NCBI GenBank assembly: GCA_951406725.2 | Contig: OX597818.1 | Coordinates: forward strand, 99,572,001 to 99,636,000 | DNA from: Octopus vulgaris | Lineage: Eukaryota | Direction: 5' to 3' | Length of the DNA stretch: 64,000 bases | Part shown: one piece after another, positions 27,091 to 41,897 of the stretch | How the letters are laid out: every line of letters starts with the position of its first letter | Numbering within the stretch: the stretch's first letter is position 1 | Notes under the pieces: model-generated | Database searches by the model: none | What the model saw: only the letters and a program-made list of their open reading frames with translations | What the model was told of the DNA's origin: nothing | Program-made: the position numbers and the translations under genes

Positions 27091-27591
27091 TGTGTGTGTG
27101 TGTGTGTGTGTGTGTATGAGTGTGTATGTGTGTGTGAGTGTGTGTGTGTGTGAGTGTGTTGTGTGTGTGTGTGTGAGTGTGTGTGTGTGTGTGTATGTGT
27201 GTGTGAGTGTGTGTGTGTGTGAGTGTGTTGTGTGTATATGCGTGAATGTGTGTGTGCGTATCTGTGTATGTGTGTGTGAGTGTGTGTGTGTACGTTTTTA
27301 TAAGTAATTCGACACATCATCTACTTTATTTCTCTACTCTTTCAATTCTTCCGAACCATGACAAACACTAGCATTCACTGACCCAACAGGAATCGTTGAT
27401 TATCCACAAGTTCCCTTTGAAGCGAAATATATTTGCTGAGAAGATTTAATAAAAATAGTAAAAAAGATTTGAACTTAGACAAGGATATCCTTCAGCAAAG
27501 CTGAAAGCTGGTGACATTTAATCGTGCTTCACTAAGAATTTAATTAACTTTTCAGAATGCAATCAGGAAGTCATTTACCAATATACGTGCC

Positions 27592-27625
<34 letters not shown>

Positions 27626-27654
27626 TATTATATATATATAGATAGATATATCTA

Positions 27655-27695
<41 letters not shown>

Positions 27696-27709
27696 GATAC
27701 ATATATCTA

Positions 27710-27740
<31 letters not shown>

Positions 27741-28324
27741 TTTACATACATATATGTAAATATATGTATGTATGCATGTGTGTGTATACACACATTTACA
27801 CATAAATATATACTATATGACATTTGTATATGTATGCCAAACTTCCTTCAGATCTATCTATCTATCTATCTATCTGTCTATCTATCTACGCATTTGTATT
27901 TCTACATCCGTCGTTTGTGTACAAGCGATGATAAAATATGATTTACGAGATATATATATACACACACGCACGCGATCACACGCACACGCGCCTGCGCGCA
28001 CATACATAGACACCCGCAAGCACACCACACACACATATATATATATGCATATGCATTACAAACACCAATCACCCACATTTATGTTCTTTGAGATTTACTG
28101 TGTGTATATGAGCGTATATTTTTTATGCGTGCTTGTATCAACAAAGTATATCTAAGCTTTTAATACGCATGCGTAAGAACTATATAGCTGTTCTAATGTT
28201 TAGCAATGTATTTCCTGCCCATTATATATTATTCATCTAGCACCGACACAGATATTTATGCATATATATATATATGTTTATATACATACGTGTGTATACA
28301 CACGTATATATAGCTCATGCTTTT

Positions 28325-28500
28325 TATGAACTGTACAATGTTCTACCAAAAGAATTTTAAAATCTATTTTATGTGGATGTGGTATCTTCAAAAAGGATAT
28401 TGGACATTCTCCTATCCACCATACCAGATGAACCAATGTCCTGATACGAAGTACAGACGAAGGCGGCGATATCAAACTACTCCGTACACCAAATGAGCCA
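28325..28500 (+). pseudogene. Decayed C-terminus of a LINE ORF2 (CR1/L2/Crack-like)
   Basis: ELYNVLPKEF...KRILDILLSTIPDEP resembles the LxNxLP...LDxxLxxIPDxP tail motif. Confidence 0.5.
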
Positions 28501-28727
28501 ACAAGCAGAAAAAGTAAAAACAAAAACAACAACCCAAAATTTGCAAATGCGGTGATACGAAGTTCTATCACACATAACCAATCAACGTTACAGGAGGGCT
28601 CTGGAATGGTACAGTCACGGTGGTGCGCAGTATGACCGCAACACCAAATGGCTGTCATTCATAAAAGAAATACAAGACATTTATATATTCACGCACACAT
28701 ACACACGCACATATATATATGTATACA

Positions 28728-28786
<59 letters not shown>

Positions 28787-28816
28787 GTACATACATATAT
28801 ATATATATATATATAT

Positions 28817-28891
<75 letters not shown>

Positions 28892-29031
28892 GTCTTGTGT
28901 TTCTTTTATGAATGACAGCCATTTGGTGTTGCGGTCATATATATATATATGCTTCCTTAACTATTCGTATATCTATGTAGATGTACGATTAAATATCTAT
29001 TAAGGCACACACACACACTCACACACACACA

Positions 29032-29066
<35 letters not shown>

Positions 29067-29407
29067 AAACACACGCACATACACTCACAAACGCTTACAC
29101 ATATATCCTTACCATCACATACATATAATCCGATTAACTAAAAGGTGCTGAAGAAAAGGTAACTTTGAAGTCGAAATACTTTGAAAGTGAACCACAAGCT
29201 CTAGCATTTCATTTAGCTGATTCAGTGAATGAAGAAAAATGAAGAAGAAAAAAAAAAGGAAGAGGAGTGGAGAGACAGAAGTTCTTAGATCTTAAATGGC
29301 ATATAAGCTTGGCTATGGCATAAGAAACATGAAGGAATGGATGGATATCTAAAGAGGCTGTGTGATTGAGATTGCTAACAATGTTGTAAGCAGGTACGCT
29401 GCTTGTG

Positions 29408-29484
<77 letters not shown>

Positions 29485-29515
29485 CCTACCTACCTACCTA
29501 CCTACCTACATACCG

Positions 29516-29638
<123 letters not shown>

Positions 29639-29807
29639 GGTATATTTATATATAGGGAAAGAGAGTGTAAGTGAGATGAAGGGGAGAGAGAGCGGCGTCT
29701 CATGAAGAAAATATGTTATAAGGGTGAAGAAAAGAAAAATGGAAGATGAAAAGAAAAATGAAAATCAGAGATAAACTCGTACGCGATAGAAAGACAAAAA
29801 TATAGAC

Positions 29808-29883
<76 letters not shown>

Positions 29884-30682
29884 GTAGATAGATAGACAGA
29901 CGGATGGATAGAGGTAAATAGAAAAATAAGAGAAGTTGCTAGAGGGATGTACATGGCAGAAATGAAGGAGAGAAATAGAGACAGAGACAGAAAGACTGCG
30001 TATATTAATGTGAGAGTCAATGTCATAGAAGATAGGAAAAAACATGAAGAGTTTTTGCTATAAAGTTGAACTGTTCATCAGAGAGAGAGAGAGAGAGAGG
30101 GGGGGAGAGAGAGAGAAAGAGATGTGTGCACTTGTATGTATGTGTGTATGCATGTGTGTATGCATGTATGTATCTATGTATATATGCATGCATATACATA
30201 TTTATGTACATATGTATGTACGTATGTATGGAGAAAAGGAAGAGATTGAGAGAATTGGTGGGAATGTGTATAAGAGAGTGACGCACATATATATATGTGT
30301 GTGTTCTTGCATTTGTGCATAGCATATGTAAGTATATACGTGAATTTGTGTTAGTGTATGTCCGAGAGTTTGGATTAGCGTACGTAGTTGTATGAGAGAA
30401 AGCTAGAGGATGCAGTACAGTGAGTGAAAGAAGAGAGAAAGAGTAACAAGAGAGACCGAGAAGAGAAGAATGACAAGAAATCATTTAGCAAAATGGATGC
30501 AAGTGCAAAGGTACATAATGTATTGGATTGATTGCCTCAGCGTGTTCTCTCCACCAACCACGGCCTGATGTGGGGGCCGTGAACTTGAGATCATACTGGT
30601 TTCATGAGTCTACTCGGCCACACTGGCTTCATATGACTTGGTGGAAGGGTGCAGTTTTTACACTCCTACCCAGGAGTAGTTA

Positions 30683-31030
30683 AGTAGATTATATCGACCA
30701 CCAGTGTCCTACTGGTACTTATTTTATTGACCCCGAATTGATGAAAGGCAATGTCGACCTGACAGAATTTGAACTTAAAATGGAAAGACGAACGAAATAC
30801 CTATTTCTTTACAACCCTCAAGAGGCTAAACACAGAGAGGACAAACAAGGATAGACAAACGGATTAAGTCGATTGTATCGACCCCAGTGCGTAACTGGCA
30901 CTTATTTAATCGAGCCCGAAAGGATGAAAGGCAAATTCGACCTCGGCGCGATTTGAACTCAGAACGTAGCGGCAGACGAAATACCGTTAAGCATTTCGCC
31001 CGGTTTGCTAACGATTCTGCTAGCTTGCCG
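30683..31030 (-). mobile_element. Two tandem SINE family B copies
   Basis: The core 'actgg(t/c)actta...ga(c/g)cccgaa...atgaaaggcaa..tcgacct' occurs twice; the second copy is close to 4156-4357. Confidence 0.85.
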
Positions 31031-31590
31031 GCAAGTAGGAAGCTTGCCCAGCTATTTAGAGACATGGTTAGAAAACTGGAAATGTAGGGTAGCTCAAATA
31101 CACGAGCAGTTCTATTTAGTATATATGCATACACGCAGTCACACACTTATCCACACATATACGTTCGTTTATTATTTTACTGGATTTTGTCTATAGTTAA
31201 GGAAGGGCGTTGCCTGGCTGCTATTTTATCGACCGCAGTGTACGATCAATGGTAATCTCCACCTACAGGAAAGGAACCTAAACCAGACAGAACTAAATAA
31301 GTATTTTTCTCTGACGCCCCGATTCTGACATATCCACTCTGATACACTCTGTATTAACATTATTTATACATAATTGTCTGTAAGTGTACCACCGTTCACC
31401 ATACTTCTAAGTGACTAATAATAGTTCTATTGACATTGGTACAATTCGGTGAAGTTGTATGCGAGAATATAATTAATTGCGTAGATTTCGGAGCAAAGAT
31501 TGATATTATATCTACTTTATAGGACAAGTAGGATGATAAACCGCAACTGCGGCGAGATTCGAACACCGAATATATATATATATATATATT

Positions 31591-31631
<41 letters not shown>

Positions 31632-31790
31632 TAGCTGAGTTAGAGGTTAAAATAACCATCTAAGGGATAGAAGTATTCATTATACTACCGGTATATTACC
31701 TATGTTTAACCATGGACATACATACGCAAGCATATTATGCTCGTAAATTATAGGTAAAGACAAGAATAAATGTGAGTTTAGCAAGAATCA

Positions 31791-31958
31791 AAATTTAAAG
31801 AAAACAGAACATGGAGAAATATTGATGAACAACAATTCTTACTTCAACTATTAGATGGAATGCAATCTACTCGTATTGAATTAATAAATGATAAATGATT
31901 ATTTATGTAAGTCAATTGTTGTTCATCAATATTTCTCCATTTTGTTTTCTTTAAATTT
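31791..31958. mobile_element. MITE-like inverted repeat (about 45-bp arms)
   Basis: aaatttaaagaaaaca(g)aa(c)atggagaaatattgatgaacaacaatt and its reverse complement at 31914-31958. Confidence 0.65.
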
Positions 31959-32694
31959 ATATGTTCCTGCAAAGATATGCTAAAAACACCACCTATTTTT
32001 CAAAGCAAAGCATGTAAAGTTTACTCTCATATCACTAAACCAACGGAATGTTTGGTATTCATAGATGTGCCATTAGTAATACAGCTGACGAATCTAACTA
32101 TGAATTAAAACCTGTTAACATATTCTGTTCTCTAAGAACTTATCAAAGTTCTAAGTCGTCTGCTGGCATAAAAGGAATGAAATATTGTTTCTGGAATTAT
32201 CACTTATCGATTAATAAAATGCCCGGCTTTCACAAACGCAAAATAAATCCTCATTATCTCTCTCGCCACTTTGTTATTATTTGGACTAAAAGTTGATTAG
32301 AGCATCTTCTCGTGTAGATATTGGATTCCATGATAAATGATCTTCAATTTCAAAGGTGTCCATTTTGAATCCCAAACCAGCAATATTTGTTACTATGAAT
32401 GAGAAGAAATCTTTGTAAAATATCATTTTGTTTAATAGCTTGACATAAGATGGACTGAAGTGGTGCAAGTTGTAACTCACTGTCATGAAAGATTTCTAGG
32501 AAACCCCATTACAATAATTAACACTGACAACAATTCAACGATACTTTATTACAATGGTGTAAGCGTTGCAAGTTTCCAATGTGTGCCCTTGGTTTAATGT
32601 ATTTGATTTTGACAGGATGTTGTGAATAATGGTGAGGAAATTCTACTTAGCCATCATAAATAATAAACCATAAATATATTGTAGTTTTGAAATA

Positions 32695-32990
32695 AATAGA
32701 CAGAACATCCTGTAGATTTTGACTAGATAGAGGCGTCCTAGAAATATCGACTGGAAAAGAAGCAGCTTACAGATTTCAGATGAATAGTGGTATTGTGTAG
32801 ATATCGGTTGAATAGAAACAGCCTATATATGTCGCCATATTCAGAGAAATATTCAGCATGTAAACTTGTAGATGTCGACTAGAGGAGGATAATATACCAA
32901 GATTGGTTGAATAGATGTAGTATTTGTATATTAAAATGATAGAAAAAGCCTATAGATGTCAGCTGAAAAGAAAGATTCAGTAGATAAATC
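32695..32990. repeat. Degenerate minisatellite of about 28 bp
   Basis: Recurrent tgaatagaaacagcctatagatgtcg-like unit. Confidence 0.6.
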
Positions 32991-33273
32991 ATGAGTGGAT
33001 AAAGAAATTCTATTTATGGAGGCCAAACAAATATGCACAATATTTTAAAGTTATCGGTTGAGGTTACATAGAGAAGGGAAATTATTGTCTCAATTGTTGT
33101 GCGGGATCTAAATTCGAACATCTCTGTCAGGAGTTCAAATCGCTTGAATAAAATTTTCATCTTTAATGACATTAGGAACTCTACTAAAGCCAAGAAAGTT
33201 GTAAAGGAAAATATATAAATATATCTATTTTTGTTGAATAGTGACTAGATAGACAGATATGTATATATATATA

Positions 33274-33452
33274 TGAGAGATCGTTAGCCACTACACACAT
33301 TTTTCTCTCCTTGTTTTTTCTGTGTCCCTTTCTGTAGAAGATCGTAGGCTCGAAACATAAAATACCTTTTCTATTCTTGAGCGTTATACTAATACATCTG
33401 TTTGTTTTGTACACCACCTGCCTTCGTCTTTTGTTTTTTTTCGTAAATTCTT

Positions 33453-33455
<3 letters not shown>
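33274..33455 (+). mobile_element. Short TA-flanked element with a CTGTAGA..GAAAC motif
   Basis: Homologous to 19021-19140. Confidence 0.8.
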
Positions 33456-33492
<37 letters not shown>

Positions 33493-34787
33493 TATTGTGA
33501 CTGAGAGAGAGAGAGAGAGAGAGGTGGGGAGAGAGACGGATGATGTTGCAATGCGTTGATGAGTGTCTTCGTACCATCAGTAGAGTGGCTTTTAACAATA
33601 GAAATTAATAGTATAATGTTGGATAATAAAAATATTTAAGTAATAAACGATTAAATATCCACATATAATGTTATCTAATATCATAAGTTTATCTGTTTCC
33701 AACATATTATTTACACCTGATTTCTCGATGTATCTAGGGAAACACTCTATTTCAGTGTCTTGTATGTAGGTAACCGAGTGGGAGTATGTTCTTTTTTATG
33801 AACATTATCAACATAATTGACGTGAAAATGGTTTCTTTCACGATTCAAAATCTAATTACACATTTGTTTATCATACTTCGATATCATTACAATTAATCAA
33901 TGTTTGTCAATATTATGTTATTGTGTAACGTTCGTAAAGATTTATCGTTAATGCCTTTATAATATTTAGAGTATTCTCCTCATCTGTAGAGAGAAAACTC
34001 TTTTTAATTTTATAACCGTACTACATTTCAATCAGTTTGATCTCCAGACGTCATCAGGTTTCTAGTTCCAAGATATTTATACGGTATCTGACTGCAGTCA
34101 AACTAAAAAGCTATATTTCTAATCTTAGGGTAATCTGTTTCTGTATCATGCTACAATCTTACGCTATTCTAATTTATATTTCTCTAAAGTTAACCATATT
34201 AATCTGATATCAGTACTAAGTTTATTTTCTGTACTTTCAGTTTATTTTTTGTACTTTCAGTTTTAAGATCTATACAAGTATACCCATTCTTGGGTATACT
34301 TAATTCGCTAAATGGGCAATTTTTAAAATTATAGTGTTGTTCTTTTATGTGATGTAGATACTCTGAAAGTCACTTCTTGCGATAAAGAAGTTCGGTGTGA
34401 CCGCTATTTTGTGCTCAAGAATGCTTTTCTTTGCTTTTTCTTCTATTTGTATTTGCTTGGTTCAAAACAGAGGATGTGCCTATAACATTCACATATCTTC
34501 GACAGCAGTGAATTCGATACAGTTTATCTAGGAATTACGCTTGGACAGCTGTAAATCGATGGCTGCAAGGGAAAAAAATCGGGAAAATTTCTAGAGGAGA
34601 GATGTTTTAGGGTGGCCCGACAAATAAGTGCAGTGTTTGGTATCGAAAACATTAATAGGTAATGAGAGAAGGAAAAGGGCTGTAATTGAGGGTGTCTGAG
34701 TGAATGTGGTACAAAACTATCCATTCCAAGGAGCGGATACAAGTGTGGTAATGGTACAAAAAGAAGCAGTACTACGGATAGCACGCT

Positions 34788-34833
<46 letters not shown>

Positions 34834-35100
34834 GAGTTGAGCGTGCTGGTGAGTGAGTTAATTTCAATAAGTCTGGGAAGCCTTTGGAGACGGAGAAGCG
34901 GCGTACGTTTTGTGTATGGCATAGCAGTAACACCACTCCGAATACGGGAAGACTATTTCGTTATGGCTGTCATCTGAACTTTGTTGTTAGTAGTTGTTGA
35001 GGCTAAAGTATTTTCTGAATCTCATATGAGTGGCTGGATATTTGTTATTCAGGAATGCTTTTCAAGCAACTCTTCTGTGTAAATTGCTAGTAACCGGTGT

Positions 35101-35139
<39 letters not shown>

Positions 35140-36107
35140 AAAAATTAGAGATAAAACCACTATTATGCAATTCAAACGATGATAGACATAAACCAAAACA
35201 TAAATAACAAATAAAAAATATTTTTATAAAACATAACTAAATCACAAAAAGTATCAAAATGAATAATACTCCCTAATATTATATATATATATGAAAGTAT
35301 ATAAGTTTGTGTATATCTGGATATATACACGGGAGAAAGAGTACCGGAAGTAAATAATATAACTGAATTTTATTTGTATCTTCGAAACTGATGAATTCAT
35401 GGAGTCGCTACTCGGAGTTTGTTGGCTTATGTGAGCTTTATTTATATCCCCTAAATGATTACACAGAGCGAAAATCTTTGATCAGCGATAAAGCAAATAA
35501 TTTTAGGATTTGACCGAAAATTATGCACACACGCATACAGGCTCACGCACACATACAATATGCATACATCGAGATATACATATATGCATGCGTGAATTTG
35601 TGTAGACATATATTTACACGCACGTATTCATGCGTTTGTATTTTACCAGATTTAACTGTCATGTCAGGCAAAGAGTCTATTTTGTAATCTTTTCTATTCT
35701 GTTTTAAAATTTATTCCATTTAGTTAAACTTGCCAGTTATTTGTGGTTTAGTTAAAAAGACAACACACGTTGAAAAAATCAGAATGACAGTTATTGATTT
35801 CTGTGATTTTTTTTTTACACTCTGCATTAAAATGCGCAATCAATCAGCTTCTTCATATTCCAGTTTGAATGACTGTATCAATTTATGATTCAAACAGAAT
35901 CTTGCAACACAACGCAATAGCATTCAATGTCAATATTCCCAAGACACGATAGAAGACAACATGGAAATCACACACACCATGATTGGCACAGATATTAGAG
36001 TTATATGTAACAATATTCTATGTAGAAATAAATACGGTGGACAATTCTAAATTGGGATCAGCGATACGTGAAGATATTCCTTTACTTGTTGTTATTCGTT
36101 TAGTTAA

Positions 36108-36300
36108 AATGGTGAACTGGCAGAATTGTTAGTATGCTGGACAAAATGTATGACACCTTTTCATCTTCCAGTCGTTCAACTTTGCTTTTCGTCATTTCGG
36201 AGTCGACAAAACAAGTACCAGAAGAGAACTGGGGTCGGTGTAATCGAGTAGATCCCTTCCCAAATATTACAGGTTTTGAACTTACAGTAGAAAGGATTGT
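36108..36300 (+). mobile_element. SINE family B, internally deleted
   Basis: 'ggtgaactggcagaattgttag...actttgcttttc..ggagtcgacaaaacaagtaccag'. Confidence 0.75.
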
Positions 36301-36378
36301 AATTGTTTTAGTCAAAGCAGAGAGCTGGCAGAATCATCGTCACTGCGCCAGAGAAAATGTTTAACAAAATTTCTTTTG

Positions 36379-36455
<77 letters not shown>

Positions 36456-36479
36456 ATACATACATACATACATACATAC

Positions 36480-36510
<31 letters not shown>

Positions 36511-36514
36511 TATA

Positions 36515-36637
36515 GTGGAGTCACATGGCCTAGTGGTTAGAGCAGCGGACTCGCGGTCGAGAGATCGCGAGTTCGAATCTCAGACCGGGCGATGTGCGTG
36601 TTTACGAGTGAGTCACCTAAGCTCCACGCGGCTCCGG
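36515..36637 (+). mobile_element. tRNA-headed SINE family C nested in a family B copy (36316-36785)
   Basis: A box tggcctagtggttag and B box gagttcgaatc; homologous to the 60634 copy. Confidence 0.85.
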
Positions 36638-37311
36638 CCGAGTTCGAATACCGTCGAGATCGACTTTACCTTTTATCATTTCAGGATTGATGAAGTAAGT
36701 ACCAGTTGAGCACTGAGGTCGATGTACTCAACTAACTCCACCCCCACGAAATTGCTGGCCTTGTGCTAAAGCTAGAAAGAATTATTTTTGGCTTAGTTAA
36801 AACCGTGTATTCTTCGAACCTGCCATCCACTCACCATGTGATATTTGGGGAAAATGATTAAAAAAAAAAACACTCCCAATATGCGGTCTTCAAGTCAAAT
36901 ACCTTGTTAAGATACTTTTACGAGATGTTCTGGTCGTAGCGTTACACACGGCAATGTGTTATGCCCACTACTTTTCTTAGAAGAAACGGTAAACAGTGAA
37001 GAAGTGAAAATTACGACGTATATCTTCATTGGATAATCGAAGTAAACTGTTTCTAATTAGAAGAGAGGATCATGTGGATTTTGATTTCAATGTAAAAGTT
37101 AATCTATTTGATTGGATCAGATATAAAAGATTTTCTGGGAGCCCCTTTATATCCAGAAGAGTCATGGAGACAACACCTCATCTGTTTAATTAATATAACT
37201 ACCCACCTCGTTTGCAATCTATAGAGCACACACAAACACGTATACACACGTACACACATTTATGTATATATGTATATATGTGTATATCTATCTATCTATC
37301 TATCTATCTGA

Positions 37312-37381
<70 letters not shown>

Positions 37382-37418
37382 GTGTATGTATGTATATATG
37401 TATGTATGTATATATCTA

Positions 37419-37473
<55 letters not shown>

Positions 37474-37574
37474 GTGTCTATGTACGTGTGTGTGTATGCA
37501 AGTGTGGGTGAAGACGCTATTCATGAAAATGATAGTGATGTTGAAAATCGTGTTGATTATCAAAGCGACATAAA

Positions 37575-37625
<51 letters not shown>

Positions 37626-37992
37626 GAGGATGATGATGATGATGATGATGTATTAAAACGAGTAAAAAAGAAAGAAACAAAAGAGGCAGAAGCATTAGTG
37701 CGAGCATTCTGAGACAAGATGGAAAAAGTGAATAGACTGAGGTCACGTGTTTTGATTACAGAACCTGTAAGATGTTGAAGCATTCTGGGAATAGCTGTCA
37801 ATATTTCTAATTACAAATTAGTCAAGATGCAGCACTGATGTGGTGTCTTTTATGGCAAAATGCTATTAGTATGTCAGTCACGAACTCATGAGTTGAAGAG
37901 ACAAGAACAAAAATATAAAAATGAAGAAGAAAATATTAGAAAGCTTTGACATAATAACAATAATAATAATGATAATAATAGTAATGATGAGG

Positions 37993-38071
<79 letters not shown>

Positions 38072-38146
38072 TAACGGAAAATAATCCTAACATTCCTTAT
38101 AGAGATATCACAAATGCTTTATCGCATTTTGTCGTAATCGTCAAAT

Positions 38147-38203
<57 letters not shown>

Positions 38204-38268
38204 AAATAGTAAGGGTGGTCGTCGTATTTTTATCAGTATTATTTTTGTTATTATTATTAGTTACAGTG

Positions 38269-38310
<42 letters not shown>

Positions 38311-38511
38311 ATAACAGTAGAAAAAGTAGTAAAAATTGTACTAGCTGATGCTGATTTCCAAACTTTTTAGGATTTCATATATTCTTTATTCTACATCCAT
38401 TTCATCACATAGGTTGTTATTTTGGTGGGCATATGTATTTGTTTGTATTTTATATAATTTTGTATATGTATAGAAATACATATCAATATATATATACATA
38501 CATACTTACAT

Positions 38512-38559
<48 letters not shown>

Positions 38560-39263
38560 GCACATATATATTTATATGCATACAAACACATATATGTATA
38601 TATATATATATATATATATAAATTCAATTATGTACGTCTATAAGTATACATAAGTATGCATATAAATATAAACATAATCTTTCATATACATACACATACA
38701 ATAAAAACTGAAAATAGAATTGGAATGGGGAAAATGCCAAAGGAAGAAAACATGGAGTCATGCTTTCACGAATGAAAAAAGAAAATTGAAATTAGGAAAA
38801 CAATCTGATTTGAAGTTTCCATCACATATTTCTCTCTTTCTGTCTCTCTGTCTCTCTCTCACACACATTACATACATATATCCATACACACATATATGTG
38901 TGTATGTACGTATGTATCTACAGAATATATATTTATATGTCTTTATGAATAAGTATAATGTGTACGCGTGCGCATTTATAACAGGAAATCGTCTGCTAAG
39001 TGAATGACGCCATTGCCATTTTTTTCAGCATAACAACCATAGATCTTTCTTCAACCCTTCCTTGGCAGGAAAAATATAATAAATAATTACAAGGATGAAA
39101 GAAAATGAAAAAAAAAAAAACATGATTTGTAGGACAACTGTAGGAGACTCAGTGTATAGCTATCATTTATTGATATCAGGGGGAAAAATAAATCAATTGT
39201 ATTTGACAATTTCCTTCCCGATTTTTTTCCGTATGGGTCAGATTTATACATACAAATACATAC

Positions 39264-39418
<155 letters not shown>

Positions 39419-40203
39419 AGGATGTAGATAACGTTGAAAGGAAATAATATGTTTCAATGGAAGTATATTTTGCAGGCAGCGAGACCAACGCAAAAAAAAG
39501 AGAGAGAAAAAATGAAGAATCAAAATGAATAACAATAACAATTGAAAACAAACTTCAATTTATGGTTTTCAACACCGTCGTACTCCATACTGAGAATTTC
39601 TGGCGCTCATTTCTTCCCGGTTGTTCATATCTATGAATAATTAAGCTATACTTTGTTGATTTTATACAGCACTAGACTATGTCGAGCCAATAAGATTCCC
39701 TCCATGCTGATGGTTTATATACTAAAAATAACAACTAAATATTTCTCAGTGCAATTCGGGAGGCCTTGGAAAAGATATTGTAATAGTGGATTATATAGTC
39801 ATATATAAATAATCACAATGCATACACATATACGCAAATAGATACATATGTATATGAAGATGAATGATTACGACGTGTCATTTAAGTTGCATTGAATAAA
39901 ACAATTGTATTAAAACACTATGTGCTCCAATGGACGGCAAAAGACAAACCAGCGAGGGAAATTTGCGTTAGAGCAACAATACTTATTAAAGGTCTCCTTG
40001 GGTATAAAAGCTATTGAGTTTATATATACAGAAATTATCTCCCCTCTTGAACATACATATACTTACATAGACATGTAACTTTTTTTCTTTTTCATCTTGA
40101 GTTGTTTTCTTCATCATTCTTTAAATCTTAAGAAATATTCGGATTCTTTATATTGTCTCCGATATTACGATTATTTACAGTGTATATATGCCTCTTTCTA
40201 TTG

Positions 40204-40234
<31 letters not shown>

Positions 40235-40269
40235 TTATATATATATATATGCATACATATATATGTACG

Positions 40270-40302
<33 letters not shown>

Positions 40303-40322
40303 GTAAATATATATATATGTAC

Positions 40323-40361
<39 letters not shown>

Positions 40362-40801
40362 TATATATATGTATATGTATATATATATGTGTGTCTATAT
40401 GTGTGTATATATGTATATACATGTATAAACATATACACACACACGCTCGCACACACACATACATACACACATCAATGGCGAGATGAACGCACCTAGAAAT
40501 TATTAGCTTTTTGGTCCGGTTAAACAGAGCTGAACAACAGATTAAAAGTAGAACAACAGCAATAAGAGTAACGGAAATAACAAATGAGAGAAGGAAAGGA
40601 CCTTTTATACTGTTGGTAGTGTTCCTAGAATCTGCAGCAAAATCTTTCTTAAATCATACAGTTAGTAAACGAAATAGAGAAGGGTTCAAGTGCTGTGAGG
40701 AGGGAAACAATTGGTATGTATACATGTATATATATACACACACACACACACAGACACACACAAACACAAACACACACGCAGAGACACACGCACACATACA
40801 C

Positions 40802-40855
<54 letters not shown>

Positions 40856-40976
40856 ATGTGTATATATATATGGGTATTACAAGGATGTCTAGGTATCAAT
40901 ACATTACGGCCGACTCAAACGGCTTCATTTAATCTATCAATGAAAACTTAACATTAATTTGAAAGAAACCACTCTC

Positions 40977-41025
<49 letters not shown>

Positions 41026-41026
<1 letters not shown>

Positions 41027-41440
41027 AATAAATGAAAGAATGGAGTTGAACGACGAATTAACAAAATTCCTTTATTTTATTTTCGACATATGTTTCGAAG
41101 GCTGCATATTCCTAATTTCGAAGTTTTTGTGCATCTTGATGCTGACATAAGTTACTTGTTTTTTCTGATGAGAAGGCGGCATAAAACACCCCTTATTCCT
41201 TCGAAATTAGGAATATGTAGCCTTCGAAACATATGTCGAAAATAAAATAAAGGAATTTTGTTAATTCGTCGTTCAACTCCATTCTTTCATTTATTTGTAT
41301 TTAAAAAAACACACAAATTTCCACACGATAGCACGTGATCTCTGCCCTAGGAATGTAGCTTCAACCATGTTTTTCTGACGTGAATTTGCTACCCAGGTGT
41401 CGGTTAACCGAATTATCCATAATAAGATAATTCATTCAAC

Positions 41441-41442
<2 letters not shown>
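41026..41442 (+). mobile_element. TA-flanked PLE-like terminal element with a 98-bp inverted duplication
   Basis: 41026-41123 is the reverse complement of 41199-41296 (one mismatch seen); contains a canonical HHR. Confidence 0.8.
41160..41242 (+). ncRNA. Canonical type I hammerhead ribozyme
   Basis: ttttt-CTGATGA-gaaggcggcata...tatgtagccttc-GAAA-c(atat)g-TC|gaaaa; predicted cleavage after 41237. Confidence 0.85.
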
Positions 41443-41487
<45 letters not shown>

Positions 41488-41612
41488 CACATATATATAT
41501 ATATTTATATATATATATATGTATATATATATACATATATAAGTATAGATATGTATATATACATATATATACATATATAAGTATAGATATGTATATATAC
41601 ATGTATATATGT

Positions 41613-41682
<70 letters not shown>

Positions 41683-41785
41683 ATATATATAGAGAGAGAG
41701 TTTACGAAAAAAGAAAAGACGAAGACAGGTGGCGTACAAAACAAACATATGTATTAATATAGTGCTCAGGAATAGAAAAAGCCTT

Positions 41786-41853
<68 letters not shown>

Positions 41854-41897
41854 TACATACATACATATAAATACAGATATATGTATATCTCTTGGCT

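Noticed and set aside
29148-29180. CTGAAGA-aaag(gtaa)cttt-GAAG
   Set aside because: GAAG instead of GAAA, and no stem I or III.
34015-34064. Minus-strand CTGATGA...GAAA
   Set aside because: Stems I and II do not close properly.
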